From: Pseudomonadota bacterium
Lineage (GTDB): Bacteria > Pseudomonadota > Alphaproteobacteria > Acetobacterales > Acetobacteraceae
Assembly: GCA_021818425.1 (NCBI GenBank)
Contig: JAKAEC010000005.1
Location: 15,462-79,461, forward strand
DNA: 64,000 bases
Direction of reading: 5' to 3'
Shown here: piece by piece, positions 28,774 through 40,304 of the stretch
How the letters are laid out: every line of letters begins with the position of its first letter
How positions within the stretch are numbered: position 1 is the stretch's first letter
Program-made: the position numbers and the translations under genes
Notes under the pieces: model-generated
Told to the model about the DNA's origin: nothing
Database searches by the model: none
What the model saw: only the letters and a program-made list of their open reading frames with translations

Positions 28774-29036
28774 GGTGCGCTCCGCTGGTTTCTGAATGGC
28801 GCATGCTTGCGCGTTGTGCCGCAGCATAGGGGGGATCAGAGCGGGGGCGGGCTAAAACCGATGCGTGCGCAAAGAATCATCATCTCTGCGTGCAAATTAA
28901 AAGCAGTTGGCGGGGCTAACGAAGCCATGCGCCAGAATGCCACGACCCTAGGAGCCTATCAAGGAAATTATGACGGCGTGACCATGCCCGCGGGTCGCCC
29001 CTTGCCCCTTGGCGTCCGCCGGGGCAAGACAAAGTC

Positions 29037-30044
29037 ATGTCTGATCTTGATGAATTGCTAAATAGGCGCGGCCGCGCGGCGCAATTTGGCGCCTATGTCA
29101 CGGCGGTTTCGTTCGATGCCAGCGGAGTGCCAGGCTTTGCCCTGGGTGATGGCACATTGCGCCTTGGTCCCGGCCACGCAGTAGCGGTGGCGCATGACGG
29201 CGCGGTGTTGAGCCTAGCTGCACACCCCCAAGGCGGCTTCATTACCGGCGGCGACGACGGACGGCTGGTGCTAACCAAGCCAGATACCAGCGTGCTGCAA
29301 TTGCATAAATTTGGCTCAAAATGGGTCGAACAGGTGGCCGCCTTTGCCGGCAAGAGAGCGCTGCTGGCGGCTTCCGCCGGCAAAAACTTGTATTTTCTGA
29401 GCCCAGTTGGCGAGGTGCTAAAAACATTGGCGCATGCCTCCACTGTCACGGGTATCGCGTTCGACGCTAAGGGCAAGCGCGTCGCCGTTTCGCATTATAA
29501 CGGAGCAAGCATGTGGTTCACCGCTTCGGGTTCCGCCGTGTCCCCGAAGCTGGAATGGAAGGGCAGCCATACGGGCGTGGCACTGCATCCGGCGGGCGAG
29601 GCGCTGGTGACCACGATGCAGGAGAACGCACTACATGGCTGGACCCTTCCCGAAGGTACGCATATGCGCATGTCAGGTTATCCTGCCAAGCCGGAATCTT
29701 TGGGCTTTACAAAATCGGGCCGTTGGTTGGCTACTGCCGGAGCGGAGAGCATCGTGCTTTGGCCTTTTTTTGGCGGAGGGCCGATGGGCAAACCGCCGAC
29801 GGAGTTGGGCATGGGGGATGGCGTGGTGAAGCGCGTGGCTTGCCATCCGCAGCATGAGGTGGTGGCCGCGGGGTTCGATACCGGGCTGGTGCTAGTCGTG
29901 GATGTTGGGCGCGAACGGGTGCTGCCGGTCTGCGGGCCGGGGCGGGGAAACGTTACTGCTTTGGCTTGGAACGCTGATGGTGGGCAACTCGCCTTTGGCA
30001 CAGATCAGGGCTTTGCCGCGATCGTGGACTTTACGCAAGCTTAG
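29037..30044 (+). CDS. WD40-repeat beta-propeller protein
   Basis: Repeated HDGAVL..TGGDDG, LEWKGSH, MRMSGYPAK, GPMGKPP typical of the alphaproteobacterial WD40 family. Confidence 0.85.
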   Translation: MSDLDELLNRRGRAAQFGAYVTAVSFDASGVPGFALGDGTLRLGPGHAVAVAHDGAVLSLAAHPQGGFITGGDDGRLVLTKPDTSVLQLHKFGSKWVEQVAAFAGKRALLAASAGKNLYFLSPVGEVLKTLAHASTVTGIAFDAKGKRVAVSHYNGASMWFTASGSAVSPKLEWKGSHTGVALHPAGEALVTTMQENALHGWTLPEGTHMRMSGYPAKPESLGFTKSGRWLATAGAESIVLWPFFGGGPMGKPPTELGMGDGVVKRVACHPQHEVVAAGFDTGLVLVVDVGRERVLPVCGPGRGNVTALAWNADGGQLAFGTDQGFAAIVDFTQA

Positions 30045-30300
30045 GGTTTTGAGTGGCTATGGCGATGGATTTCGAGCCTACCCAAGTATAGCGTCGCCTA
30101 GAAGGAACTTTCGGAGCGGACCTTTTGCGCTGAAGGTGTGCCGACGGTATCGCGGTGGTCCGCTCTTAATGATAGATATAGGCACACCAAGGCGACACCT
30201 TATTGTGTTGTGGGCTTGGCAAATGGCCTTGTATTGTAACGAAAAAAGTTGAACAGAATTAGATCTGTCAATTTTTGTAAAGGAAATTCTGTTGGTATTG

Positions 30301-31474
30301 GTGGAAACACAAAAAAGGGGCGCGATACTGCATATTGGCACTGAGAAGACCGGCACGACGGCGATACAGAACCTGTTGGCCCGCAAGCGGAAAGAGTTGG
30401 CATATTTCGGCTTCTGGTAACCGACCTTCCTGGCGAGCAGAACCACATCGCATTGGCGGCTTACGCAGCGTCGGAAAACACAGCTGACCTAACGGAAGTG
30501 CCGTTCAATGCGCAAACGCGTTGACAGATGAGATGGCGGCATTGCCCGCCAATTTGCATACCGTGATATTCTCAAACGAACACTGCCACAGTCGGCTAAC
30601 TTCTACAGAGCATATTGGCAAGCTTCATGCCTTGCTCGAGCAATATTTTGAAACTGTAACAGTGGTTGCCTACCTGTGCCGCCAGGACATCATGGCCGGT
30701 AGTTTGTACTCGACGTATCGTCGTTTCGGAGGCGCTATCCGAAATATTTTCCCTGCCGTTCCGGATTTTGGCCAAAGCGGTGAGAGTTCCATAGATCCGG
30801 CTGTGGCCAATTATGGCGATTTTGATTTGTTGCTGAGGCGCTACGTAGCGGTGTTCTGCAAACAGTTTGTGAGACCACAGATTTATGACGAAGAGTTGTT
30901 CTTGAGTAGTAATATTATCTCGGATTTCTTTGTGATATGCGGCCTGCCTGCGCGATTGTCTGAGGATTCTGAGAGACAGAATCGTGCAGTAACCAACGAC
31001 GGACGAAAGCTACTCGCCATGCTGAATGCATATCTTGTCAATGCCAGTCTTGAATTGGATGATCAACGGTCTGCAGAAATACAGAACATATGCCTGTCAA
31101 TTTTAGAGACAAATCTCGTCGTCGAGCCGCGCGTACCCTCACGATCTGCAGCTCAGCGGTTTTATGCGAATTTTCGAAACAGCAATGAGCGGATACGGGA
31201 GCTGTGGTTTCCGTATCGGACGTCTCTCTTCTCTGCAGACTTTAATAAATATCCAGATTTTGTCGATGCAGAGAAGATTTTTTCACATGAACGTGCATTA
31301 AATGCTGCGTTCACCTGTATCGTGGGTCTTATGAACCAGAGAAAAACTGACCAAGCTCAGGAAGAAATGGCTGTGGAAGCAATTAAAAATTCTACCTCTT
31401 GGAAGATCACTGCTCCTATAAGGACGGCGAGCCTGCTTCTTAAACACTTGTCTCGGAGACGTTTGGTGCGATGA
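30301..31474 (+). pseudogene. P-loop sulfotransferase-like (polysaccharide-associated) protein, disrupted
   Basis: ILHIGTEKTGTTAIQ N-terminal motif is cut by TAA at 30418-30420 and frameshifts. Downstream ORF 30521-31474 has FSNEH, YLCRQD and a STSWKITAPIR tail. Visibly lower GC than the flanks. Confidence 0.7.
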
Positions 31475-31734
31475 TGATATAGCCAACGTTTGGGGCTGTT
31501 TTCGCGTATAGAAAGAGGCGAAGGGCCAGATCATACAGTGAGTAAGATGTTCTAGAATCAAGGTATCAATCGAAGAGCGGATTAGTGGAAATATTAGTGG
31601 AAATACCCGAAAATCGGTGGATACAAAAGTTTGTAGAGTATTCAGCCCCTGGCTAAATGCTCTAATTCTATGTTTTGGTAAATAATTTAACGTATTTGCT
31701 TTGCCGCCGCCGCGTCAATCTAATGCATATTACT

Positions 31735-32148
31735 CTAGCCGAGGCCTGCACCTTCGCGGATCAGCACGGCCAGCACGGCCAAGAACTCGATGCCATCCAT
31801 CCAGATTGAGATCGTGTGGCCGCGGTTGAAGGCGGCGGTGTTGCCGGCTGCTTGGTAGGCGTTGAGGAGTGGGATGAGCCAGAACCAAGCCCAGATGGTG
31901 GCGGCAAAGGTAAGGCCCGGCACGATCGTGGCCCATGGCGCGTGCCGGAGCAGACAGCCGATGAGCGCCAGCCCGGAGGTGACTAGCATAAAGCCGTAAT
32001 AGCTGGGGAAACAGCCCTTTACAAATGGCCCCGCTACAGCCAGCGGCAGTCGGGCGAAGGCCAAATAGGTAAAAAGCGGAAATAGCAGCATCCCGCCCGC
32101 GAGTAGGCCGAGGCCCGTTACGGATAGGATGCCGCCGAGGCGCCGCAT
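31735..32148 (-). CDS. DUF4149-like membrane protein
   Basis: Four TMs; AFARLP..AGPFV..FPSYY and FNRGH patterns; overlaps the ahcY stop. Confidence 0.7.
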   Translation of the reverse strand: MRRLGGILSVTGLGLLAGGMLLFPLFTYLAFARLPLAVAGPFVKGCFPSYYGFMLVTSGLALIGCLLRHAPWATIVPGLTFAATIWAWFWLIPLLNAYQAAGNTAAFNRGHTISIWMDGIEFLAVLAVLIREGAGLG

Positions 32149-33455
32149 TAGTAGCGGTATTGTTCGTGCTTGAATGGTCCCTCAACGTTCAAGCCCAGAT
32201 ATTCTGCCTGCTTCTGGGAGAGTTTGGTGAGTTTCGCGCCCACCTTGGCCAAGTGTAGGGCGGCGACCTTTTCATCCAGATGGCGCGGCAGTACATATAC
32301 ATTGCATTCATACTTGTTCGCAGGAGCGGTCCATAGCTCGATCTGCGCCAGCACTTGGTTTGTGAAGCTGGCGGACATCACGAAGCTTGGGTGCCCGGTG
32401 GCGTTGCCTAGATTCACTAGCCGCCCCTCCGAGAGCACGATCAGGCGCTTACCGTCAGGGAACACCACCTCGTCCACCTGCGGTTTTACGTTCTCCCATT
32501 TATAGTTCCGTAGACTTTCGATCTGAATCTCGCTGTCGAAATGGCCAATGTTACAGACGATGGCACGGTGCTTCATGGCGCGCATATGGTCGACGGTGAT
32601 GACGTCCACGTTGCCCGTTGCGGTCACGAAAATATCACCCACCGGGGCGGCGTCCTCCATGGTCACTACCTCGTAGCCCTCCATGGCGGCCTGTAGGGCG
32701 CAGATTGGGTCGATTTCGCACACCTTCACGCGGCAGCCGGCATTACGCAAGCTGGCGGCGGAGCCTTTGCCCACATCGCCAAAGCCGCACACCACGGCCA
32801 CCTTGCCGGACATCATCACATCTGTGCCGCGGCGGATACCGTCCACCAAGCTCTCGCGGCAGCCGTAGAGATTGTCGAACTTGGACTTGGTAACCGAATC
32901 GTTCACGTTAATGGCGGGCACGAGCAGTTTACCTGTCTTGGCCATCTCCCATAACCGGTGTACGCCCGTAGTGGTCTCCTCAGAGATGCCGCGCACGTCC
33001 TTCAGCATCTCGGGATATTTGTCGTGCATGATCTGCGTTACGTCGCCGCCATCGTCCAGGATCATGTTTGGTGTCCAGCCATCCGGGCCTCGCAGCGTTT
33101 GTTCAATGCACCACCAGAACTCTTCCTCGCTCAGTCCCTTCCAAGCGAATACCGGAATGCCAGAGGCGGCGATGGCGGCGGCGGCTTGGTCTTGTGTCGA
33201 GAAAATGTTGCAGGAGGACCAGCGCACGGAGGCGCCTAGCGCCACCAGAGTTTCGATCAGCACGGCCGTCTGGATGGTCATGTGCAGACAGCCGACAATG
33301 CGTGCCCCCTTCAGCGGTTTGGATTTGCCGAATTCCTCACGCAGCGCCATTAGGCCTGGCATTTCATCCTCGGCCATAGAGATTTCCTTGCGGCCCCATT
33401 CAGCCAGGGAAATGTCCTTGACCTTGTAATCTGTAGGCAAATTGGCGTCGGGCAT
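32148..33455 (-). CDS. ahcY: Adenosylhomocysteinase
   Basis: [47 protein letters not shown]. Confidence 0.97.
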   Translation of the reverse strand: MPDANLPTDYKVKDISLAEWGRKEISMAEDEMPGLMALREEFGKSKPLKGARIVGCLHMTIQTAVLIETLVALGASVRWSSCNIFSTQDQAAAAIAASGIPVFAWKGLSEEEFWWCIEQTLRGPDGWTPNMILDDGGDVTQIMHDKYPEMLKDVRGISEETTTGVHRLWEMAKTGKLLVPAINVNDSVTKSKFDNLYGCRESLVDGIRRGTDVMMSGKVAVVCGFGDVGKGSAASLRNAGCRVKVCEIDPICALQAAMEGYEVVTMEDAAPVGDIFVTATGNVDVITVDHMRAMKHRAIVCNIGHFDSEIQIESLRNYKWENVKPQVDEVVFPDGKRLIVLSEGRLVNLGNATGHPSFVMSASFTNQVLAQIELWTAPANKYECNVYVLPRHLDEKVAALHLAKVGAKLTKLSQKQAEYLGLNVEGPFKHEQYRY

Positions 33456-33529
33456 TGGCGTATCCTCAAATCGTGAAAATCTAGCGAAACCCATATTCCC
33501 TTGCAGCTCTGCTGCCAACCGTGGCGGGT

Positions 33530-33982
33530 TCAACCTTCGCGCGGGCCGGCCGGGCCGTAAACTGGTACGAGCAGCAGAAGGTTGCTGCCATCGCTGAAAG
33601 ACAGTGTTATGCCCACATTGCCGCCCACCGTCATCTTTGGCTTCGTGCACATCAGGTGATAACCTCCCTCGGCAAGGCGAACCCGTCCGTGGGCGGGGAT
33701 AGTGATACTTTTTACCATCGTCATCGTCGCGGTGCCGCTTTCGGTCTTGCTTTCATGCAGCATCAGGGTGTCGCAGTCGACCGAGCTAGCCTTCACGAGC
33801 CTGGTGGTGGCATCACCGGTATTCGTAAGCGTCATATAGCCTGCAGCGGGCAGGCCGGGCAGCAGGTAACGTATCCAGGCATGGGAGGCATGGATTAGTG
33901 CTGGGGAGGGTTTTGGCGTTACCGAAGGTGACGCAGCGCCCAACAGCAGGGGCAAGGCGAGGAGCATCAGGAACCGTTTCAT
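33530..33982 (-). CDS. Periplasmic copper chaperone PCu(A)C
   Basis: Signal peptide; AAGYMTL, MLHES..M, GGYHLM copper motif. Confidence 0.88.
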   Translation of the reverse strand: MKRFLMLLALPLLLGAASPSVTPKPSPALIHASHAWIRYLLPGLPAAGYMTLTNTGDATTRLVKASSVDCDTLMLHESKTESGTATMTMVKSITIPAHGRVRLAEGGYHLMCTKPKMTVGGNVGITLSFSDGSNLLLLVPVYGPAGPREG

Positions 33983-34058
33983 GCTGCGAAGTTAACGTAA
34001 TTCACCCAGAAACCCCAGCTGATTGCCAATCCGTCTCGCCCGGCGCAAAAGATGCTGC

Positions 34059-34469
34059 ATGGATCAAACTCGTTTTGCCGATGTTGGCCGCGCAACTAGG
34101 CGCATGTTTGTCCGCGACCTGGTTTTACCGGCGCGAATTGGCGTTTACGCGCATGAGCATGGCCGAACCCAACGCGTGCGGATAAACCTTGACCTAGCGG
34201 TAGAGGATGACGGAGCCAGCTTTGTCTCCCGCTCCGTCGTGGGGGCGGATGATCTTGGCCGGGTGGTGGATTACGACACAGTGATCAATGCGGTTCGCGT
34301 GGTTGTCGCCTCGGGGCATGTGCAACTGGTTGAAACACTGGCCGAGCGCGTGGCTGAGGCATGTTTGCGCAACAGCCAAATCCGAGTGGCTCGGGTGATG
34401 GTCGAAAAGCTGGATGCGGTGGCGGATGCCGCTAGCGTGGGAGTGGAGATCGAACGCCGAAACGTCTAG
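34059..34469 (+). CDS. folB: Dihydroneopterin aldolase
   Basis: IGVYAHE, QRVRINLDL, VVDYD, LVETLAE, VEKLD, SVGVEIER. Confidence 0.9.
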   Translation: MDQTRFADVGRATRRMFVRDLVLPARIGVYAHEHGRTQRVRINLDLAVEDDGASFVSRSVVGADDLGRVVDYDTVINAVRVVVASGHVQLVETLAERVAEACLRNSQIRVARVMVEKLDAVADAASVGVEIERRNV

Positions 34470-34699
34470 TTGTCCACGCGGCGGAATTGAGCAGGATCAA
34501 GGGGTTTTGGCGCGGCTTGATGACAGTGAGATGTCTAAACGATAATAAAATTTACGTTTAAAATCAAAATGTTAACTGTTAATAACTGTTTTTCATGGCT
34601 GATATGCGCAGAAAATGCCAGAACGAGATGTCCAGGGACTGAGCACAGTGAATCCACAAACTTATCCACAGGGTGGTGAGGATGAGTTGCTCTTGCACA
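34470..34699. promoter_or_regulatory. DnaA-box cluster with IHF site and AT-rich tract (DARS/datA/oriC-like)
   Basis: Perfect TTATCCACA 34662-34670; GAATCCACA 34650-34658; inverted TGAGGATGA 34677-34685; TCTTGCACA 34691-34699; TTGTCCACG 34470-34478; IHF consensus AATCAAaatgTTA 34562-34574. Confidence 0.65.
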
Positions 34700-36549
34700 A
34701 AGTAGGTATCTCGGTCATCGAAACCGTGCTGGCGACAATGCCAGAAAGCCCGGGCGTCTATCGGATGCTGGATGAAAAAGGCGAAGCGCTTTACGTTGGT
34801 AAAGCGCTTAACCTGAAGCGACGCGTGACATCTTACACGCAGATTTCCCGCCTGCCGGAGCGGCTGCGGCGCATGGTGGCAGACACTGCCGCCATGGAGA
34901 TCCTCACCACCCACACCGAAGCCGAGGCGCTGCTACTTGAGGCGAACCTCATCAAGCGCTTGAAACCACGCTATAATATCTTGCTGCGGGATGATAAGTC
35001 CTATCCCTGGTTAGTGCTGACCGCGCGGCAAGAGTTTCCGCGCCTAGGTAAGCATCGCGGCGCGCAGGAAAAGGCGAATTTCTACATGGGGCCGTTTGCC
35101 TCTACCTGGGCGGTGAAGCAGACAATTCAGGCCGTGCAGCGTTTATTCCTACTTCGCACCTGCGCCGACAGCGTGTTCGCCAACCGCACCCGGCCTTGCC
35201 TACTGTATCAGATCAAACGCTGCTCAGCGCCTTGTGTAGGTCGGGTGAGCAAGGACGAATACGCGGCATTGGTTTCCCAGGCCACGGATTTCCTCAGGGG
35301 AAAGTCCGGCGGTGTGCAGAAAGAGCTTGCCGCTGCAATGCAGCAAGCAGCAGAAAACCTAGAGTTTGAGCGGGCGGCCTCGTTACGGGACCGAATTCGC
35401 GGCCTTGCCCATGTGCAAGGCAATGACGTGATCAACCCTTCTAGCTTGGGCGACGCGGACGTTATCGCACTGCACCAGCAAGCCGGGCAGGCCTGCGTGC
35501 AGGTGTTCTTCATCCGGGGCGGGCGCAATAACGGCAATCGCAGTTTCTTTCCCTCCGTGGCGAAGGATGACAGCCCGGAGACGGTGTTGGCCGCTTTTGT
35601 CGCCCAGTTCTATGACGACAAGCCTTCCCCGCCGCAGATACTGCTCAGTCACGCGCCGGAGGAACAAGCCCTGCTGGAAGCCGCGCTAAGCTTGAAGGCG
35701 GAACGACGGGTACACATCTCAGTGCCGCAACGTGGTGAGAAGGTGGGGGTGGTAGGTCATGCTATCACTAACGCCCGCGAGGCGCTGGAGAGAAGACTCG
35801 CAGAGAGTACAGGACAGGGTAAGCTTCTGACCGGTGTGGCGGAATTGTTTAGCCTGCCGGAAACGCCTCGACGCATCGAAGCTTACGATAATTCTCATGT
35901 CATGGGCACAAATGCCTATGGCGTGATGGTGGTGGCGGGGGCCGAAGGGCCGATGAAATCGGCTTATCGAAAATTCAGCATTAAGAGCGTCATTACGCCA
36001 GGTGACGATTTTGCCATGATGCGCGAGGTACTGCGGCGTCGATTCGGCCGTGCTTTAGAGGAAGACCCTGATCGCACCCGAGAAACTTGGCCGGATCTGG
36101 TGTTGATCGACGGGGGCGCTGGGCAGCTCTCCGCCGCGAAGGCCGTGATGGCGGATCTTGGCCTCGAGGATATTCCCGTGGTCGCCATCGCCAAGGGGGC
36201 GAACCGCGATGCCGGGCGTGAATGGTTTTATATGGAAGGCCGCCAGCCCTTTCAGCTGCCGCCGCGCGATGCAGTGCTGTATTTTCTGCAGCGGCTGCGG
36301 GACGAAGCTCACCGCTTTGCCATCACTACCCACCGCGCCGCGCGTAGCAAGAAAATATCGGCGTCCGAGTTGGACGAGGTGCCTGGCATTGGCGCGGCGC
36401 GTAAAAAGGCACTGCTGCTGCATTTCGGCTCCGTACGTGGGGTAAAAGGGGCAGGAGTGAAGGACCTGGAGGCCGTCGCCGGTATCAACCGCACGACGGC
36501 ACGGGCGATTTATGCATTTTTTCATCCCGGAGTGCGGCTGGAGGGCTAG
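34615..36549 (+). CDS. uvrC: Excinuclease ABC subunit C
   Basis: PGVYRM..YVGKA (GIY-YIG), [36 protein letters not shown], HhH. The true start may be TTG 34687 after GAGGA. Confidence 0.96.
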   Translation: MPERDVQGLSTVNPQTYPQGGEDELLLHKVGISVIETVLATMPESPGVYRMLDEKGEALYVGKALNLKRRVTSYTQISRLPERLRRMVADTAAMEILTTHTEAEALLLEANLIKRLKPRYNILLRDDKSYPWLVLTARQEFPRLGKHRGAQEKANFYMGPFASTWAVKQTIQAVQRLFLLRTCADSVFANRTRPCLLYQIKRCSAPCVGRVSKDEYAALVSQATDFLRGKSGGVQKELAAAMQQAAENLEFERAASLRDRIRGLAHVQGNDVINPSSLGDADVIALHQQAGQACVQVFFIRGGRNNGNRSFFPSVAKDDSPETVLAAFVAQFYDDKPSPPQILLSHAPEEQALLEAALSLKAERRVHISVPQRGEKVGVVGHAITNAREALERRLAESTGQGKLLTGVAELFSLPETPRRIEAYDNSHVMGTNAYGVMVVAGAEGPMKSAYRKFSIKSVITPGDDFAMMREVLRRRFGRALEEDPDRTRETWPDLVLIDGGAGQLSAAKAVMADLGLEDIPVVAIAKGANRDAGREWFYMEGRQPFQLPPRDAVLYFLQRLRDEAHRFAITTHRAARSKKISASELDEVPGIGAARKKALLLHFGSVRGVKGAGVKDLEAVAGINRTTARAIYAFFHPGVRLEG

Positions 36550-36612
36550 CCCCTTGGCTTCGCTCCAGGAACGGCTAAGTTTGCTGCAGAGAGAACGCGA
36601 ACGAGGGATTGA

Positions 36613-38190
36613 ATGAGCCACATGGGTTGGGCCGGAGTGACGACGCTGGCCAAGGCCGCACAGGATATACGTGACCTGTTCAAAGCGGATGCCCAGCGCT
36701 TTGCCCGCTTTTCCGCGCGTGGTGCAGGAGTTTTGCTGGATTTTTCTAAAACTTCGCTAAATGAGGAAAGCTTAGCAGCACTGCTAGACTTGGCCCGCGC
36801 GGCGGGGCTTGAGGCCCGGCGAGATGCGATGTTTGCAGGCAATGCCATCAATATTACCGAGAAGCGGGCGGTTCTGCACACCGCCTTGCGTGCCCCTGCA
36901 AATGTTACAGTACAGGTCGAAGGCCACAATGTGGTGCCACAGATTCAGGAAGCACTTTCAAATTTCCTGGGCTTTGCGGAAGCTGTCCGTTCTGGTTCAA
37001 TTGCAGCGGTGGACGGCAAGCCCTTTACCGATGTGGTGAATATCGGCATTGGCGGCTCGAACCTTGGGCCCGCCATGGTTACTGGCGCGCTCAGCCCTTA
37101 TCATGATGGGCCACGTTCGCATTTTGTCTCGAACGTGGACGGTGCGGATATCGCCGATACGCTACGCGGATTAAGCCCGGCGCGTACACTTTTTATCGTC
37201 TCCTCCAAAACCTTTGCCACTGTGGAGACCATGACCAATGCGGCGACCGCCCGGCGCTGGGTGATTGAATCGCTGGGCGAGGCTGCTGTGGCAGCGCATT
37301 TCTGTGCGGTATCCACCGCTATTGAGAAATGCGCTGACTTCGGTATCTCCACCAACCGCATCTTCGGTTTTTGGGATTGGGTGGGCGGGCGCTATTCCGT
37401 CTGGTCTTCCGTTGGATTGTCGGTGGCCATCGCCATCGGGGCCGAAAATTTTCGCGCCTTTTTGGCTGGCGCGCGAGAAATGGACGAGCATTTTTGCAAT
37501 GCGCCGCTGGAACAGAATCTTCCTGTGCTACTGGCGTTGGCTGGCGTGTGGCACCGCGACGCGCTGGGCTACCCCGCCCGTGCCATTTTGCCCTATGACC
37601 AGCGGCTGATCCGTTTTGCCGCATATCTTCAGCAATTGGACATGGAATCCAATGGCAAGCGGGTGACGCGGGAGGGCGTACCCGTAGCCTGCCCCACCGG
37701 TCCGCTGGTGTTCGGTGAACCCGGCACCAACGGCCAACATGCCTTTTACCAGCTTCTGCATCAGGGTACGGACGTAATTCCCTGCGAGTTTTATATTGCC
37801 GCGAAGGGGCATGAGCCCGAGCTTGAACATCATCACCGGCTGCTTATCTCCAATTGTCTCGCGCAAGCCCAGGCGTTGCTGCTCGGGCGCACGCTGGAAG
37901 ACGCAGGCGGCAATCCGCACCGCGTTTTTCCGGGTAATCGTCCGTCACTCGTCATTGCGTATGAGACCCTGGACCCTGCGACGCTTGGCAGGCTGATTGC
38001 GCTATATGAGCATCGGGTTTTTACCGAGGCGGTCCTCTGGAACATCAATGCCTTCGACCAATGGGGCGTGGAGTTAGGCAAGGAGTTGGCGACAAAGCTC
38101 CTGCCCGTGGTAGAAGGCAAGGAAAGCGGGGCCATGGTCGACGGTTCGACGGCGGGGCTTATCTCCTACCTGCGCGGTGCTGGCGTTTAG
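36613..38190 (+). CDS. pgi: Glucose-6-phosphate isomerase
   Basis: [49 protein letters not shown]. Confidence 0.97.
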   Translation: MSHMGWAGVTTLAKAAQDIRDLFKADAQRFARFSARGAGVLLDFSKTSLNEESLAALLDLARAAGLEARRDAMFAGNAINITEKRAVLHTALRAPANVTVQVEGHNVVPQIQEALSNFLGFAEAVRSGSIAAVDGKPFTDVVNIGIGGSNLGPAMVTGALSPYHDGPRSHFVSNVDGADIADTLRGLSPARTLFIVSSKTFATVETMTNAATARRWVIESLGEAAVAAHFCAVSTAIEKCADFGISTNRIFGFWDWVGGRYSVWSSVGLSVAIAIGAENFRAFLAGAREMDEHFCNAPLEQNLPVLLALAGVWHRDALGYPARAILPYDQRLIRFAAYLQQLDMESNGKRVTREGVPVACPTGPLVFGEPGTNGQHAFYQLLHQGTDVIPCEFYIAAKGHEPELEHHHRLLISNCLAQAQALLLGRTLEDAGGNPHRVFPGNRPSLVIAYETLDPATLGRLIALYEHRVFTEAVLWNINAFDQWGVELGKELATKLLPVVEGKESGAMVDGSTAGLISYLRGAGV

Positions 38191-38561
38191 CCAGTGGCTC
38201 TGGGGCGCTGGTGCAGCGCTTCCACCCGGCTCAATAATTCGGAGAGCATGAAGGGCTTGACAATATAGTCGTCTCCGCCTGCCTCTAGCCCGGTTATCCA
38301 ATCGCCGAGCCCACCGAAGCCAGAGAGGAACAGCACGGGCGTACTCACCCGTTTGTTCCGTAGCTTGCGTACCAGTTCGGCACCGTCCAAACCACCGGGT
38401 AACAGGCGGTCGAAAATCATCACGTCAAAGCGATTCGCCATGGCTTGCTCGAAACCATCATGACCATCGGCGGTGTGGGTTACCTCGTGATTCGCCTCTT
38501 TCATGCCAGAGGTCACTATCTCTGCCACAAACGCATCGTCTTCGATGAGCAATATCCGCAT
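38187..38561 (-). CDS. Single-domain response regulator (OmpR-type receiver only)
   Basis: LLIEDD, FDRLLP (phospho-Asp), [10 protein letters not shown]; stops right after the receiver. Confidence 0.85.
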   Translation of the reverse strand: MRILLIEDDAFVAEIVTSGMKEANHEVTHTADGHDGFEQAMANRFDVMIFDRLLPGGLDGAELVRKLRNKRVSTPVLFLSGFGGLGDWITGLEAGGDDYIVKPFMLSELLSRVEALHQRPRATG

Positions 38562-38690
38562 GCACCCAACCCCCCTTGGTATCACGACACTTGCCGGTTT
38601 CCAGTATAGCGTTAGTCTAGCCGTATCAGCCCTGCAGGTTGGTGTCTTTTTTGCAATGATCAAGGAATAAATACCTTTTTATGGGTGGCC

Positions 38691-39359
38691 ATGACACCAC
38701 ATAGGAGTGATGAGTCGCCTCGTGATGGCACGGTGGAGGCGTTCGCCGCCCAGGTTGCGCATGACTTCAACAATCTGCTCACGGGCGTTTTGGGCAACTT
38801 AGAACTTTTGCGGCTGCGCGCCGTGCGCAGTGGCGCCGTCGGGCTTGACTGCTACGTAGAAGGCGCGAACGCGGCCGCCCAGCGCTTAGTAGCGTTCGCG
38901 CACCGCTTGTCGCTGTTCTCAGGCCGAACCGCCCATGCGCCGCAACCTGTGGCATTGCAGCCGTTGCTTAGGGAACTGGTCACGTTGTCGCAGGGGCGGA
39001 ACGTTGCGCTTGATCTGCCTGAGGAGGCGCCGGTGGTGCTGGCGGATGCTGCAGGATTACGCCAGGCGTTGCTGGAATTGCTGCAGAATGCCTGGGATGC
39101 CGACGCGGAAGTGACGCTGCGCGCTATAGCCTTGGAAGACGGGGCCGTGATTGTCGTGCGCGATAACGGTCCGGGCATGGCGCCGGAGATTCTTGCCCAG
39201 GCGCGAGGCCTGTTTTTCACTACTCGGGCCAATGGCGCCGGAAGGGGGCTGGGCCTCCCCATCGTGGTTAGCCTTGCCACGCGAGCGGGTGGGCGGCTTG
39301 AGCTGGACAGCGCGCCCGGTGAAGGCTGCGAGGTGAGGCTGTATCTGCCTTTGGCTTGA
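38691..39359 (+). CDS. Sensor-less histidine kinase (HisKA + HATPase)
   Basis: H-box AHDFNNLL, N-box LLQNAWDA, DNGPGM, FFTT, GRGLGL. Confidence 0.88.
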   Translation: MTPHRSDESPRDGTVEAFAAQVAHDFNNLLTGVLGNLELLRLRAVRSGAVGLDCYVEGANAAAQRLVAFAHRLSLFSGRTAHAPQPVALQPLLRELVTLSQGRNVALDLPEEAPVVLADAAGLRQALLELLQNAWDADAEVTLRAIALEDGAVIVVRDNGPGMAPEILAQARGLFFTTRANGAGRGLGLPIVVSLATRAGGRLELDSAPGEGCEVRLYLPLA

Positions 39360-39360
39360 C

Positions 39361-39435
39361 TGGCTGGGACGGGAGGATTCGAACCTCCGCATGGCGGAAT
39401 CAAAATCCGCTGCCTTACCGCTTGGCGACGTCCCA
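39361..39435 (-). tRNA. tRNA-Gln(TTG)
   Basis: TGGGACGTCGCCAAGCGGTAAGGCAGCGGATTTTGATTCCGCCATGCGGAGGTTCGAATCCTCCCGTCCCAGCCA: cloverleaf, TTCGAATC T-loop, encoded CCA. Confidence 0.97.
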
Positions 39436-39449
39436 ATGCACGTGGGCTC

Positions 39450-40304
39450 TCATAAGCTGGTCTGGGGCGACTGGTAAAGCCCCCCGCCCCAACACCACCA
39501 GCCCGAGCGTGTGGCAAGGGTTGCTGCAGCCGCATCGGCTTGGGCAGCAGACTTAAACAAGGCGAAACAAGTTGCGCCCGAGCCGCTCATGCGCGCCAGA
39601 AGCGCGCCAGGCAGGGCCGCGAGGGCAGCCAACACATCGCCGATCACCGGCTGGATCAGAATCGCCGCCGCCTGCAAGTCGTTTCCGTACAGCCGCAGAT
39701 CGGCCGCCATGGCGGTGACGTTGGGCCACGCAGCAGGCAGCACTGGGGCAGTAGTGAAGCTGCCGACACGGGCCTCGAAAACGGCGGGGGTAGGCACGGC
39801 CACACCAGGATTCACCAGCATGAGGCCGAAGCTCGGCAAAAGCGGGGCAGGCGCCAAAACTTCGCCAATGCCTTGCATCCGGGTCGGTTCAGAGCATAGG
39901 CAAACTGGCACGTCAGCGCCCAGTTTCAACGCAATTTCGGGCAAATCCACGCCCTCTAGCGCCCAGAGCTCACGCAACGCCCGCAGCGCTGCGGCGGCAT
40001 CTGCCGAGCCGCCACCAATACCCGAAGCCACCGGTAGGTTCTTCTCCAGCCGCAGCCGTGCTCCGCGCCCCGGCGCCAGCGTACGCGCCGCCTTCAGTAG
40101 TAAATTGTCGGGCTCGTTTTGCAATGTGGCGCCGAACCTTCCGTCGAGGTTTAGCGCAAGTTCAGTAGCCGCTTCCACCTCTACCAGATCGCCCACGTTG
40201 GGAAACACCGCTAAGCTGTCCAGCAAGTGGTAGCCATCTGCTCGTCTGCCGGTGACGTGCAGGTATAAATTGACCTTAGCGGGTGCGAAGGAGGCGATGC
40301 TCAT
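39450..40304 (-). CDS. ispE: 4-diphosphocytidyl-2-C-methyl-D-erythritol kinase
   Basis: [40 protein letters not shown]. Confidence 0.96.
   Translation of the reverse strand: MSIASFAPAKVNLYLHVTGRRADGYHLLDSLAVFPNVGDLVEVEAATELALNLDGRFGATLQNEPDNLLLKAARTLAPGRGARLRLEKNLPVASGIGGGSADAAAALRALRELWALEGVDLPEIALKLGADVPVCLCSEPTRMQGIGEVLAPAPLLPSFGLMLVNPGVAVPTPAVFEARVGSFTTAPVLPAAWPNVTAMAADLRLYGNDLQAAAILIQPVIGDVLAALAALPGALLARMSGSGATCFALFKSAAQADAAAATLATRSGWWCWGGGLYQSPQTSL

Noticed and set aside
33456-33530. SAH riboswitch upstream of ahcY
   Set aside because: Only a vague resemblance (GCAGAGCTGCAAGGG); no recognisable P1 or pseudoknot pairing in the short spacer.
39361-39435. Genomic island integrated at tRNA-Gln
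   Set aside because: No integrase and no duplicated tRNA 3' end found in the window; the flanks are core genes.
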